From Takakia lepidozioides (taxonomy: Eukaryota > Plantae > Bryophyta), in assembly GCA_030704615.1 (NCBI GenBank), contig CM060734.1, positions 12,834,001 through 12,898,000 on the forward strand: DNA of 64,000 nucleotides, given 5' to 3'. Under the pieces are notes generated by a model that saw only the letters and a list, made by a program, of their open reading frames with translations, was not told the origin of the DNA and did no database searches. This document shows positions 1 to 12,034 of this stretch, one piece after another; the first letter of the stretch is position 1; each line of letters starts with the position of its first letter. The translations under genes were made by a program, and so were the position numbers.

Positions 1-1220
1 TCATTCCATGGAAGACATGGGCCGTATCTACTCCATAGTGTGCAAGGCCTAAGGCAACTATGTAGGTATGTGTCTATCTTGACTCTGTTTCTTCTATGTG
101 GAGTCCATCTCCTGGATTGCATCTCTTCCTTCAAGATAAGAAATTTCATCTTCCTTCATATTTGTATGGTTGTTGATACAGACCGTCGTATTCCGCCGCG
201 GCAATCTTGTGGGCGAGGACCACCCAACAAGGACTGTTGCAACTGTTTCACTGTCAGTTGTCTGTGATGTTCCCTCTGAAGTTGTTCTTCTCATCGATGA
301 ACCTGGTTGGTACATACTGTCTTTTGCAGAAGGTTTCTTAAGCTGTAACATATGGGTTTCAACTTACCCATCTGCAACAGTACCTAACCTATTAGATCTT
401 CTATCAATCAATGAGGAAGGGTCAAACTGGGCCCAGTAAAACTCCACTTTCTCTCAATCAATAATGGATCTGATGTTTACCAACTCTAACAATCCCAAAA
501 GTATCATTTTGAGCATTTTTGAGGCAGACACATCCCAACACCCCTGTTTATCCTACAAAAATAAATTGCATAGCACCATCCAGTCATGAACAGTAACACC
601 TTGAAACCAATACTACATAGAAAGGTTGCAAGGAGCTACACACATCTTTTGAACTTGTTGAAGGCTAGCACTAGCAATTGTTTGGAATGTAGCCCTTCAT
701 TCCCCTGCTACATATATTTTAACAAGCTTGCTGATGAAGTGCAGTACATGTGAAGGTGGGTTCCCATACCGTTAACTATGGGGACTTGATAATCTGTGGC
801 ACTGCCCCAAATCATGCCATGATTTTGTAGTTGAAGACCCATGAATTTTTTCTCTGCCACAGCTACTCGCAAATGGTAGAGAGGCAAGGCAAGGAAAAGC
901 CTAGTAATACAAATTGATACTGGAGGGTGTAGGGGCATATTTTTGTAACGCATACCCTCATGTAGTATAGGCAAAAAGCATCTCTGTAGCAGCATTCAAT
1001 CCAATTTAGTGGACCCCTAATGCCCTCCTAGGTGCATTTGATATGAAATATACTAGGGTAGCCTGTGTCATCGGCCCATGTGTGAAGAATTGAAATCTAA
1101 GACCAAGTGCAATCTCCTATGTATCCAAGTGCGTCTCCTATGTTAAGGGCCATCCAATCCCAAGTGCAATCTCCTATGTATCCAAGTGGGTCTCCCATGA
1201 GGTACAAGTGCGACCTCCAA

Positions 1221-1955
1221 TGTCATTCCAACACTTAATTTTGTAAATTAGTTGAATTTTTAGTGATCAAAATTGTTCACATTTCTGTAATTCTCAACCC
1301 GTAGGGCCAAATTTTGTGAAACCAAGTTGGTGCACCCCTACTCAGGGCTTTCCAACATTACCAAAATCGTGGCCTCTATCTAAGCCAAAGTGCAACCTCC
1401 AAGTGTCCTTCCAACTTTTAAAAAAACAAAACAAAAGTGAACAGGGGACAAAGGCCCTGGATGATGTCCTTCCAACACTTGATTTTATAATTTAGTTGAT
1501 TTTTTCAGCGACCAAATTGTTTATAATTCCACAAGTCCCTGCGCGTAGGTCCAAATTTTGTGAAACCAAGTCGATGCACCCCTACTCATCAAGGGCTTTC
1601 CAACGGTACTAAAATCGTGGCCACAAGCCCCGCGGTTTGGGAGATCTCAACAACACTACAAACAACAGTGTGAACGCCAATATTTAAAAAAAGCCCAATT
1701 TACATTTATGTCCACGTACACAACAGACAAATGAAGGGCCAATCATTGTTCCAGGAAAGCCCACTTTACTATTTTTCACGAATTTCCAGCGACCAAAAGT
1801 ACTTGAAATTCGACATCTCCCACACCGCGGGTCCAAACATTATGAGACCAAGTCGGTGCACCCCTCCTCATCGAGGGCTTTCCAATGATACCAAGCACCA
1901 GGGCTGGGCCCGCGGTTTGGGAGATCTCAACGCTACAAAAACAAACAAACAAATT
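1221..1955. repeat. Three diverged copies of a dispersed-repeat/MITE-like unit
   Basis: The core CCAAG(T/TC)GGTGCACCCCT..GGGCTTTCCAA recurs near 1320, 1565 and 1850. Copies 2 and 3 also share GCGGTTTGGGAGATCTCAAC. Confidence 0.75.
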
Positions 1956-2638
1956 ACCTTGCTTCATATATTGATCCTCACATACAAAATTTCCTTTGAT
2001 TTTTCGTTTTTTCTCCCGCTTTTCTCTTCCTAGCTCAACCCTTAAGTTATTATGGAACCCGTTTTGGGTTTCATTACACATGCCAAATGAATGTTACTTC
2101 TACAGATGTAAATATTTTTACTTCGTTTTTTCAGCAATATTAGAGCTGACGACATGGCAGATCAGCTCCAATTGGCAGCATACCATTCGTGAAAAATCTG
2201 ACATGTCCACAAATTCCAAAAAGCAAGAGTAAACAAATTCATTTGCATCGATGGGACCACACAGAGTTGACTGCTGCGTGGCCGGCACGTGATTGGGCCA
2301 CATGCCGGCCAGAATATCATAAGGTCATTGCCGGCAGTAGACGGACATCCCTATGACATGATGGCCACCCGCTGGCAGCCATGCCACGCGGCCCCCCAAA
2401 AACACGGGTGGGCGTATAGGATCCATTTCATTGGCTTTCCACTTCATCTTATTCTGTCTGACACCGAGATTCGTTGGGGTGACCTGTGAGCACTTATTGG
2501 TATTGATGACGTGACCCGCATACACTTCATAGCTTGATGAGTAGGACAGCAGATCCCGCCACTAGGGGGTCAAATTTTGCAATTTCTATCCTTGGATGTT
2601 GGCCCAATTTGGCTCGGGGCTTTTGTAGGGGAACAGTG

Positions 2639-3050
2639 TTTATTGGCTCCTCCCTCAAGAGGAGACCACGCATCAGTTTTGAAAAAGTGGGATGATCCTG
2701 ATATACCTACACCCGATCTTACCTACAAGGATATAACACCCTCGGATAAGCCCTATGTTGTAGATAAACCTACCCTAGTTAGCAATGAATGTTAATATGG
2801 AGGAGCTCCATAAACATGTAGTTAATGAGGTGTGTATCAGATGACTTTTATTGGCTCCTCCCTCAAGAGGAGACCACGCATCAGTTTTGAAAAAGTGGGA
2901 TGATCCTGATATACCTACACCCGATCATACCTACAACAAGGGTATAACACCCTCGGATAAGCCCTATGTTGTAGATAAACCTGCCCTAGTTAGCAATGAA
3001 TGTTAATATGGAGGAGCTCCATAAACCTGTAGTTAATGAGGTGTGTATCA
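2639..3050. repeat. Tandem duplication of a ~200-bp unit
   Basis: TTTATTGGCTCCTCCCTC...GAGGTGTGTATCA occurs at 2639-2839 and 2847-3050, near-identical. Confidence 0.95.
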
Positions 3051-4053
3051 CATTAATTGCAGTCGAGAGGAAAAGGTGAGGAGGTCGAATCCTTCTAAAA
3101 CAACTTTTTGAACATGTAAACAACTAGGATGAGAAAGGAACAGCCTAAACAACTAGGATGAAAAAAGAAATGCACAGTAATAGCACATTAATAGTAGTCA
3201 AGATCATTCAATATGATGCAGAAGAGTTTATATATGCATATATATATATATTGTTATGTCTCAATATTGTAAGATAGCAGGTGTAGCGTATTGGTAGGGA
3301 AGTGGATTCTTCTGCAAGCGGTGGTGCGTTCAAACCTTTATGCTAGAAGAACCGCCTTATTTTTGAATAGGTTGACAATTTGGATGAATAAATTCACAGC
3401 AAATGAAAAAGGTGGCCACGGAGGGGGATGAAGGGGTGGCCGCGGAGGAGGATGTTAAAAAAAAGGGTGGCAGAAATGCGTTAAAATAGACTGAAAATGT
3501 CTGTTTTTCTGTCAGTTTAGGACTATTAAAAACAAAAATAAAAATAAAACCAGGAAGAAGTTAGAGTCTATATACATCATACACTTTGGGTTGTTGGTTA
3601 GATAAACAAGCTTAAAGTTCACAACTATGCGATCTCAGGTTCAAACCACCTTACATTAATTTTTTATGATGTTACATTTCTCATAGCGCTCTTAGGTTAT
3701 TTCTTTCATTATCTTTTGTCTCTCTCTTTCCTCCATCAAGGGTTTCCTGTGCGGCGCACTTATGCTCAAGTTTGAAATTGCTTCTGCACATGATGTCACC
3801 ACCGGCCCTGCTTTCAACTCTTCCAGCGGTTTGTCTTCCATGTATTGATGCACATTCAAAGCTCTATCAACTTGCAAGCATCCGCAGGAGCAGCAACCAA
3901 GCAAACGAGCATCCTCTCTCAAGAATATAAAGGTAGGCTGCTGTCTCTCTTCTCTCACAACTCATTTCATTTCTGGAAGTCTCTCACTCTCACTCGCTCT
4001 CTCTTTGTGCACTTTCTTTGTGCTCTCTCTTCCAAGCTCTTCTTATGGCAGGA

Positions 4054-4925
4054 ATGGTCAAGCGTGAACGTCCCATGCTTTTGGTAGACGATTTAGACCT
4101 CACTGTGAGAGATGCTGTTTTTTAGGGTCTGGTCTTGAGTCGCTATGGCAATATCAATAAACCCACTGTCCTGGATTCTCCCAGCACCTGGTCCTACTTG
4201 CACTGTGATTTGACAGATCGCCTTGGGTTCACCACCGTTAGTGTTACAATCTCAGGCTCTCTTGTCCCTGCTCATTCTGACAAGTTCAACAAGGGCTCTT
4301 GTGTGCGTCTGGAGAACTTTTTAGTGCGTCATAAGTTGAAGTTTGATAAGGGGGATCTGATGTACTGCCTGAAGATCACCTCAGCTACTGTTGTGCAGGT
4401 CATCCCGCCGTTTCACAATCCTCCGGTACTGAATTTCTTGCACAAAGATACCATCAAGTGCCTTCTCCAAGCGTTTCCATGAGAAGTTTGAAACAACTAC
4501 CATTATTGTGGTTGTCATTGGAGTCCGTGGTCAGGTGGAGCAACGATTTGAACTGACTGTTGCAGATGGAGCATCTCAATTGGATGTCCAGATTGTAAGT
4601 AAATTCATATCATGTCTTGGTTGCTTACTTTTATTTCTGGTTTTTTTTTTTTTTTCTTATTATGTATCTAATATCTAGATACATGCTATTGATACAGGTG
4701 AGTTTCTTACCGGCATTCCATGCTGAATATGAGCGCCTAGTGCAGCAGTTCCGAAGATGGGAATCTACTTATGCCCTGTTTAAGAACAATGGAGCGACTC
4801 AAAGTGGCGATGTGTGGCTGCTCACCCTTCCGTGTACCATCTTTGCTCCGGTTCTTGATGATGATGCACGAGCCAATTTGCAGCGGGTGCACAATGCTCA
4901 TACAGCCCATGGAGGCCATGGATAG
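4054..4925 (+). pseudogene. RPA70-like tandem OB-fold protein (Helitron accessory type), disrupted
   Basis: ATG at 4054, then an in-frame TAG and a frameshift near 4480. OB-like segments GSCVRLENFLVR..FDKGD..LKITSATVVQ and IIVVVIGV..RFELTVADG. GTAAGT..ACAG intron at 4595-4697. Family call is by motif recognition. Confidence 0.6.
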
Positions 4926-6174
4926 GGTTGTTCAGGTCCATGTCAATTCGGACTGGGTAGAAGCGATAGTAGGAATGAATGAACAAGATCTGAAGGCTGC
5001 TCATAGGGCTGATAGGCTCTCCGTCATCAAGGCCCTCTCCAATGTCCGTCATGTGGGGCATTTCTCTTTGAATCCTGTGGGAGACTTGGTTGGTTTCGAA
5101 GAGCATGCTGCTTGATTTTTATTTTGCATTCAAAAGCATAGCATAGTATAACCTTGTCTTGCTTTGCTTTGCTTGGTTTTCACTTGCTTTCTGGTTTTCC
5201 AGGACAGTATTTGGCTTTACAAGCTTCTCATGTTGTTGTCCACACAACATACTTGGATTTTACAAATCCATTTTTGTTGTATGTGTGTTTTTTGTTTAAT
5301 ACATGAGTATTTCAAGAAGGAAACAAATGTGTAATCCATGTGAATCAAATCATTCAGAATCAGTTATCAGTTTTCAGACCTTTTGGTTTTCAGCAAGTCT
5401 TTTAGCTAGTCCCTTGGATTATTCAGTCAAGTTTCTCAGCGAGTTCATAAGCAAGACCTTCAATTTTCTACCTTGGTTTCATATACTAAATAATAAATCC
5501 TCAACCAATTCTATTTTCTTAATATTGTTGAGAGCATATTAAACATATTCACTTCATAGTACCATTATTCTACTCATTATTTCCTTAGTTTCTTAGAGAG
5601 ATATTCTAGAGTCTTATTAGGTATACTAATTAAATTACATAAATAATATTAATATTTCAAACTTACAGAGGATTTTTAGATTTAATTCAATATTTAAAAA
5701 TTACAGTTCTACATTTTAACAATTGAAGGTTTTACATGTTACGGTTTCAGAGTGTCTACAAGTTTAATTAGGGATATTCTAGGGTTTCCAATGTATATTA
5801 AGGTTTTATACATTTAAGCTTTTACAAATTAAACTAAAAACAAGGAATTTAGGGCTTCATGATATTTTAGGATTTCTACAATTTATTAGGGATACTTGTT
5901 ACATTGCCGTTTACATAATAGGGTTTCAAAGAGTCTGCAAATTAAATTAGGGATATTTCAGGGTTTTTCAGTTCAATTAGGATTTTATAAAAATTAAAAT
6001 TAAAAACAGGGAATTTACGGCTTGACGATATTTTAGGGTTTGTAAATTTTAAGATTCACTTCTATCTATATGTTTATGGTACTTCAAGTTTATTCTTGAA
6101 TACATTTCTTTATAGTTTATCTAATACTAATATTAATCTAAGATATTAGAACCCTAATTTTCAATATTGTAAAC

Positions 6175-6939
6175 ATGGATTGTGACATTGATTTTGTATT
6201 GCAACGTCAACATTTGCAGTGTATACATGATTATCATTATGTTGTTGGAGATTGCTTGTTTGATTCAATTGCTTACTTGTTGCATTATTCAATTACATCA
6301 AAAGATCTGCGTCGTCTATGTATGGCTCATTTTTCACAAACTTTACAAACACCAACCGATGAACTAACCGAAATGATTCAAATTCATTTCTCTTCGGAGG
6401 CACTATATGAGTTGCATGGTATCCATACCCTCGAGGACTTCATTCACAAAATGTCATTTTCTATTGTTGATGGGGGTTTGGAAGGTGATAATTGTGCTAT
6501 TGTTTGTTTGGCAAATTATTTACAAAGGCCAATCCTATTATGGTCTCGCGTCAACAAAAGAATAATGTTCTCTGTAGGTGATCAATTTCTTACTTCTACC
6601 CCTCTGCAGTTACTTTATGATGATAGGCATGCCACCAAAAGTGGACACTTTGAACCTATTGTTTTTAAAATAACCCATAATGATGTTATGCCATGTGCTT
6701 TGGTTCCTAATATTCATGACATTCAATCTTCTCCACTTTCCGTAATATCTTCTACGAAAATTGACACTATTACTAAGAAAAAGGCTTGGCAACAAAAACA
6801 TGACGGTAACGATATAACTACTGTAGCCCCAAAATCGCCTCGTTTTAAATGGTTACCATCTCATGATGAATATATGTTCAATTTAATGGTTGAGTTTCCA
6901 TCATTAACTTTAAAAGATATAGCTAATATGTTTGAATAA
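6175..6939 (+). CDS. OTU-like cysteine protease domain protein (Helitron accessory type)
   Basis: 254-aa ORF with VVGDCLFDSIA (Cys box), GD..AI..LANYLQRPI and LLY...GHFEP (His box) in OTU spacing. Confidence 0.7.
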   Translation: MDCDIDFVLQRQHLQCIHDYHYVVGDCLFDSIAYLLHYSITSKDLRRLCMAHFSQTLQTPTDELTEMIQIHFSSEALYELHGIHTLEDFIHKMSFSIVDGGLEGDNCAIVCLANYLQRPILLWSRVNKRIMFSVGDQFLTSTPLQLLYDDRHATKSGHFEPIVFKITHNDVMPCALVPNIHDIQSSPLSVISSTKIDTITKKKAWQQKHDGNDITTVAPKSPRFKWLPSHDEYMFNLMVEFPSLTLKDIANMFE

Positions 6940-9798
6940 CATTATGCAGCTTTACAACTTACATTTTCTCAAATTTATTTACATTTGCGATATATTAACA
7001 ATAAGTATTGTTTACGGCTGTAGCAGGGCATATGGACAATTTGCTATAGAAATCGCAAGTTCTTTAGTTGTATCTGCACAATTCGACTTACATGTCAAGG
7101 TCGCATGTAATGAATATCATTGTGCATTCAATGACATTAGAAATAAAAATGATTTATTCTCATTCGTGTCCAAGTTTGATTTGTCATTTCTATTGGATGA
7201 TTTGAACTATGAATGAAGCTCTCTTGATTTTAATGTTTGTTTCCATTTTTTGTCAGTTTTGGACTTTAAGCTCTACATGATGTGGTTGAAGTATATATTC
7301 TTTCTTTATCTCTCTTCGTGAACATCGACATTAGAGTCAAACTTTTTTCATTTGTCCAACATCCGCGAACATTTCTAAAGTTGATCAAAATATATATGAT
7401 TAATTTGTAATGGAACTAACGTATTGTTAGTGGAATAAAATTTATTTTTTGGGACACTTATTCTTATTTCTGGACTCATCTCAAGTCCGGAATTAGTTAA
7501 AATTGAGTTACTATATCACTGCTTGAACATGCTTGCAGGCATCACAGCCCATTCCTCTTCCAATTTGAGAGCTCTCACCCCCGTCAAAAGAAACCCATCC
7601 TCGCCTACTTCAAAGAGCGTCACATCACTAATCTCATCCAACTCACTGTGCCACTGGTAACCGACTCTTAACTCTATGTCAATTCACCCTAAAACACTCC
7701 CGCACTACTATCAAAACATGCAGATACTTGCTACATCTACGTACCCTATTTTGTCATCCGACTGCCTCCTGTACCCTTGATTGTAACCTCCCATGCTCAC
7801 TCTTCCCCGACAACTAACAAGACCTTCTTCCTCAATTCAGAACATCCCCATCTACCTCCATACTCCAACAGCTCAAAGCCTCCTACCGCACCGACATAGA
7901 TACCCTCCCGGACTCCCCTTCCACACCTACACCCACCCCACCCTCCTCAACGCCCAATATGACAGTAAGCCAAATGCAACACACCCCCCACACTCCCACA
8001 AAACCCACCCCCCCCACCTTTCCCCCCAACCTAGCCAACCCTGATCACCCCGAGGCCTTCATCATTGAAGCTATTCTTGGCATAAAAACTCAAACCTCGC
8101 TTGACTCATTCTGCGCTACTTGTGTCGATACATACTACCTCTGCAAATGGGTTGGCTTCCCTGACGAAGACAATACATGGCAAATCGAAGACAACTTCTT
8201 CGGCTCGCATGATGATTGTGACCCCGCCCATAACCGCAACCTTCTTACCAAGTTCCACAAATCAACTAACACTAACTACCTAGCACACACTCACCACAAC
8301 CATATATCCCAATCCCAACCCATAGACACCCGTCACATCCACAACCCCCTCGCTGCTCCAAACATCCACATAGACACAAGTGAATGTAACCCTGACAAAG
8401 ATATCAAACACATACACCCCATCATATGTCCTAGCCCGACAACATCCAATATCTACGCCCTAAACGATAAGTTCATCGGATCCGAATCTCCGACAATATT
8501 ACTCAAGCCTACTCACCCGCCCTCTTGAACTCTCCTCTTACGACAGCCCTCACCCCCGTGACTGCATATTTGGAGCCTCAGGCTACGCAACACAACACAC
8601 TTGGTCTGGGAGGGCCTCGCCCACCCACCACCCGGACCCCTCACTCACGAAGCTCTTCAATGGGCGTGCCTAGCTGCTCACTCCTCCCCTAATGCAGCCA
8701 CCATCCTCATTCTCACACAACAAAAATCACCCGATCACCAACACCCCCTCCTACAACCCCCCAAAGAAGTAACGCTACTAGCAGCCATAGAACCCAACCA
8801 GCTCTGATACATGTATGCCTCACCCTTTCCCAAATACACACGCCACAAAGAACCCACCCCTAACCCTGCTACTGCTCGTCCAGGCTACCCCCCCCCCCAC
8901 CTTTATCCCTCCAGATGCTCCCGCCCACCTTAAACACCTATTGTCCGATACTCACGGTATGATTAACACCACCTACCCACCTCCGCCCCCTCGCAACCCT
9001 CCCTCCAGACCAGCCTGGAGGCCAAAACCAAACAAAGCATAGGCCAGGGCCCTCCCCCGCCTCCCCTTCACACACAACATCACTCTCGACAACTCCCCCC
9101 GTTGTATATTAGACATACCACCCCTAAATACCCCCTATACACTCACACTATACCGACGGGTCCCGCTCCGGCTCTCATGCCGGATATGGCATTTACCATG
9201 TCATCAACAATAGCGGTACTGCCCACCGACCCCCTGGCCCTGCTAACATCATGCGTGCTAAAACTCATGGCCATCTTTGCAGTGCTTTCTCAGTTAACCA
9301 CATTCCCTCCACCATACTACATTTTCATGGATAGTTTATCCTCACTATTTCTAATCCGTAACCACTTGGCCTGCCCCACTTCCTAGCACCACCACCCTGA
9401 TCGGAACCTCATCACAGCTATCGTTAACCTTGCTATTTCCATAAACCACCCTATGTACATCTTATAAAAGTACGGTCACATACTGGTATTGCCGGCAATG
9501 AGGAGGCTAACTTCCTCGCTCAACATGGATGTTAGATTGTGAGCAGTGAGCCTGTGCTGCCCCAGGATTTTGCAAAAAGGTATTGTACGCAATTCCGCGG
9601 ATGGCACCCATAACCGCGGGCAGGATGTCCATGTAGGTATGCTAGTGACAAGGTTATATGAAGAGCACAGTTGCCAAGGATCCAACCGATTGCTGCGATA
9701 TTGACAGTGGGTACAATGAAGATTAGTAATTAAGGGGAAGGTGGTATAGTGGATGGGTAATTAGAGTTTTTCTTAGGGTTTTTAGGGTTTTTATTTCC

Positions 9799-10352
9799 CG
9801 CAGATGCCACTGAATTTTTTTTTTAATTTTTTTTTTGGGTTTTTTGGGTTTTTAGGGTTTTCTTAGGGGTTCTTAGGGGGGGTTTATTTTCCCCGCAGAT
9901 GCCACACAACACTTTTAGGGGATTTTTTTGGGGGGGTTTTAAGGGTTTTTTAGGTTTTTGTAGGGTTTTTAGGATTTTCTTAGGGTTTTTTTTTTAGTGT
10001 GCGGTGCCACTGAAAGAGGTGAACGGCACCGCACATCCCTTTTCAGATTTTGTTTTTTTCTTTTTTGGGTTTTTTTAAGGTTTTTAGGATTTTTTTTAAG
10101 GTTTTTCTTTAGTGTGCGGTGCCACTGAAAGAGGTGTGCGGTGCCGCACACCTCTTTTCAGGGTTTTTCTTTTTTTTGGGGGGTTTTTTTAGGTTTTCTA
10201 GGTTTTCTTTTTTTTCTTTTTCTTTTTGTTCCCCGTAGATGCCACTGAAAGTGATGTGTGGTGCCGCACACCACTTTCAGGGTTAAATTTTTTTTGGGGC
10301 TTTTTTTGCCCGCAGATGCCACTGAAATTGGTGTGCGGTGCCGCACACCACT
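9799..10352. repeat. Array of CAGATGCCACTGAA / GTGTGCGGTGCCGCACAC motifs in T-rich, degenerate TTTAGGG-like spacers; part of an insertion (~9530-10650) splitting the LINE
   Basis: Motifs recur several times in both orientations. LINE coding resumes after ~10660. Confidence 0.7.
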
Positions 10353-11332
10353 TTCATGGGATATTTTTTTTGTTTATTTTGGGCAATTGCCACTCAAAAT
10401 GGTGTCGTCTTGTTTGCAATATGCAACATAGGTCAGCAGTTGACAGTCCTACCTATTCATTGATACCATGTGCTGCTCTTTCATAATAGGGTCTAATCTC
10501 ATCATCGGTTATAGGTCCAGCGGGAATATATACTCTTTCTTCGTCCGCCCGTCGTGTGGCATTTGCTGACATGGCATCCGCTCACTTGACCGCTCACCGC
10601 TCACGCCGTAGCGTCGCTTCTCAAAACCTCCAAACCTCCGGTTGAACCATCGGCGAATCCCATCCATACTGCACATACACACTTTTTTTGGCTGATCCAC
10701 CCCGATCCTGACCCCCCGGAACCCCAACCAATCCGAAACCTTCTTATTATCCTGACTCGAGAAGCCAACAAACAAGCCTCCGCATCTATCGGCCACACCA
10801 AACTACATATCCAGAAATGGACGCATTCTGCAGTGCTCCGCCATAAGTTATCAAACCACTTTTGGCACACTCGAGCCGCCTTGGATGCACAAATACGACA
10901 AACACTTAAATTCCAATACGCCCAATACATGGGCAACCAGCGTAAGCATACATTCTGGCCACGCATATACCCATCCCCGCACTGCCCACTCTGCTCTCAC
11001 ATCCACGCGTCTAGCAACACCTCGCCCCATCTTCTCAGCCAATGCCCCCACCCCGTCATTCATGGTCTCTATATTGCAAGACATAATCATGTCGTTTGGA
11101 TATTCACAAACTCCTACTACACCAAAAAAAAACAAGATAGTTCTCATTCAACAATGCTGGCACTTATCAAGGTAGGCCTCCTGATCATACGATACCATCA
11201 TGGCTACTCCCGTGTATATGCCGACCCCGCTCATCCTGCACATGCCCTGCCTGACTCGGCCCAGATAACATCCTGCTAGTCCAAGGACTCCACATAAACG
11301 CCCCCACACCCACTGGCCCATCCTAGCCCTCA

Positions 11333-11337
<5 letters not shown>

Positions 11338-11374
<37 letters not shown>

Positions 11375-11448
11375 CTCCGGCCGAGGCCGGCGTTACTATG
11401 AGCCACTTTGTCTTGCGGCTACTGCCCCCTTTCAGGGGTGGGCCCTAT
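11338..11448 (-). mobile_element. 111-bp 5'-truncated copy of the LINE family's 3' end, with (CT)n tail, inserted antisense
   Basis: Reverse complement of 11908-11997. 9-bp TSD CTCACTATA at 11329-11337 and 11449-11457. Removing it restores PILALTIHFIEFTYC. Confidence 0.9.
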
Positions 11449-12034
11449 CTCACTATACACTTCATAGAATTTACTTATTGCCGCAACCGCTTCCCCAGCT
11501 CTTCCATCCTCGAAAAATGCCAAAAATACTCCCCACTCATCCTCGCTATCCGCCGGCAGGGATGGACCACAAGCCCGCTTACTGTTATCACTACCGGTAC
11601 CAGAGGTGGCATTCATAATGCCAGCATCTTTGCACTTTACAAAAACCTTAAAATGCCCATCACTCCTATCCACAAATGCTTCGAAGCCATCCACCTCACG
11701 GCGCTTCATTCTCTCACAACAATCATTACCAATAAACGACAACTTGAATCCAACCAACCCCCTGCACCCTAGGCTTCTTGGGTGCCCTTGGGTACGTACC
11801 CGTCCGGTACCCCCTCCGGGGGTCCCCATGGGTACCCTATGGTACCCTTGGCGCCATGGGTGCCATCTTTCCCCCGGTCACTAGGTGTCCCTTGGACACC
11901 TTCTTACATAGGGCCCACCCTCGAGAAGGGGCAGTAGCCGCAATGCGAAGTGACTCTTAGTTACGCCGGCCTCGGCCGGAGTCTTCTCTCTCTCTCTTCA
12001 AGGGTCAAAAGCTGAAGTTCTTCTAGACAGTTTC

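Larger units (their letters stand above)
4054..7216 (+). mobile_element. Probable Helitron remnant (RPA-like + OTU); Rep/helicase and termini not found
   Basis: Co-oriented RPA-like and OTU genes, both known Helitron cargo. Boundaries are not defined. Confidence 0.4.
7540..11997 (+). mobile_element. 5'-truncated, decayed RLE-type non-LTR retrotransposon (Dualen/RandI-like)
   Basis: Domains in order: chromodomain (~8052-8200); MTase-like segment (8512-8715); RNase H YTDGS (9149)..MDSLS..KVRSHTGIAGNEEAN (~9510); CPLC..H..C zinc finger plus ARHN (~10983-11090); RLE PD (11261)..IEFTYC..KCQKY..GW..GTRG, stop at 11772; 3' UTR ending in (CT)n at ~11997. RT is absent. Confidence 0.7.

Noticed and set aside
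3281-3340. tRNA gene (A box TAGCGTATTGG, B box GTTCAAACC; similar B boxes near 3640 and 32180)
   Set aside because: No convincing cloverleaf; at most a decayed SINE-like promoter.
9770-10100. True telomere or fusion site (also 5750-6050 and 33860-33905)
   Set aside because: The TTTAGGG-like units are scattered, imperfect and interleaved with other motifs.
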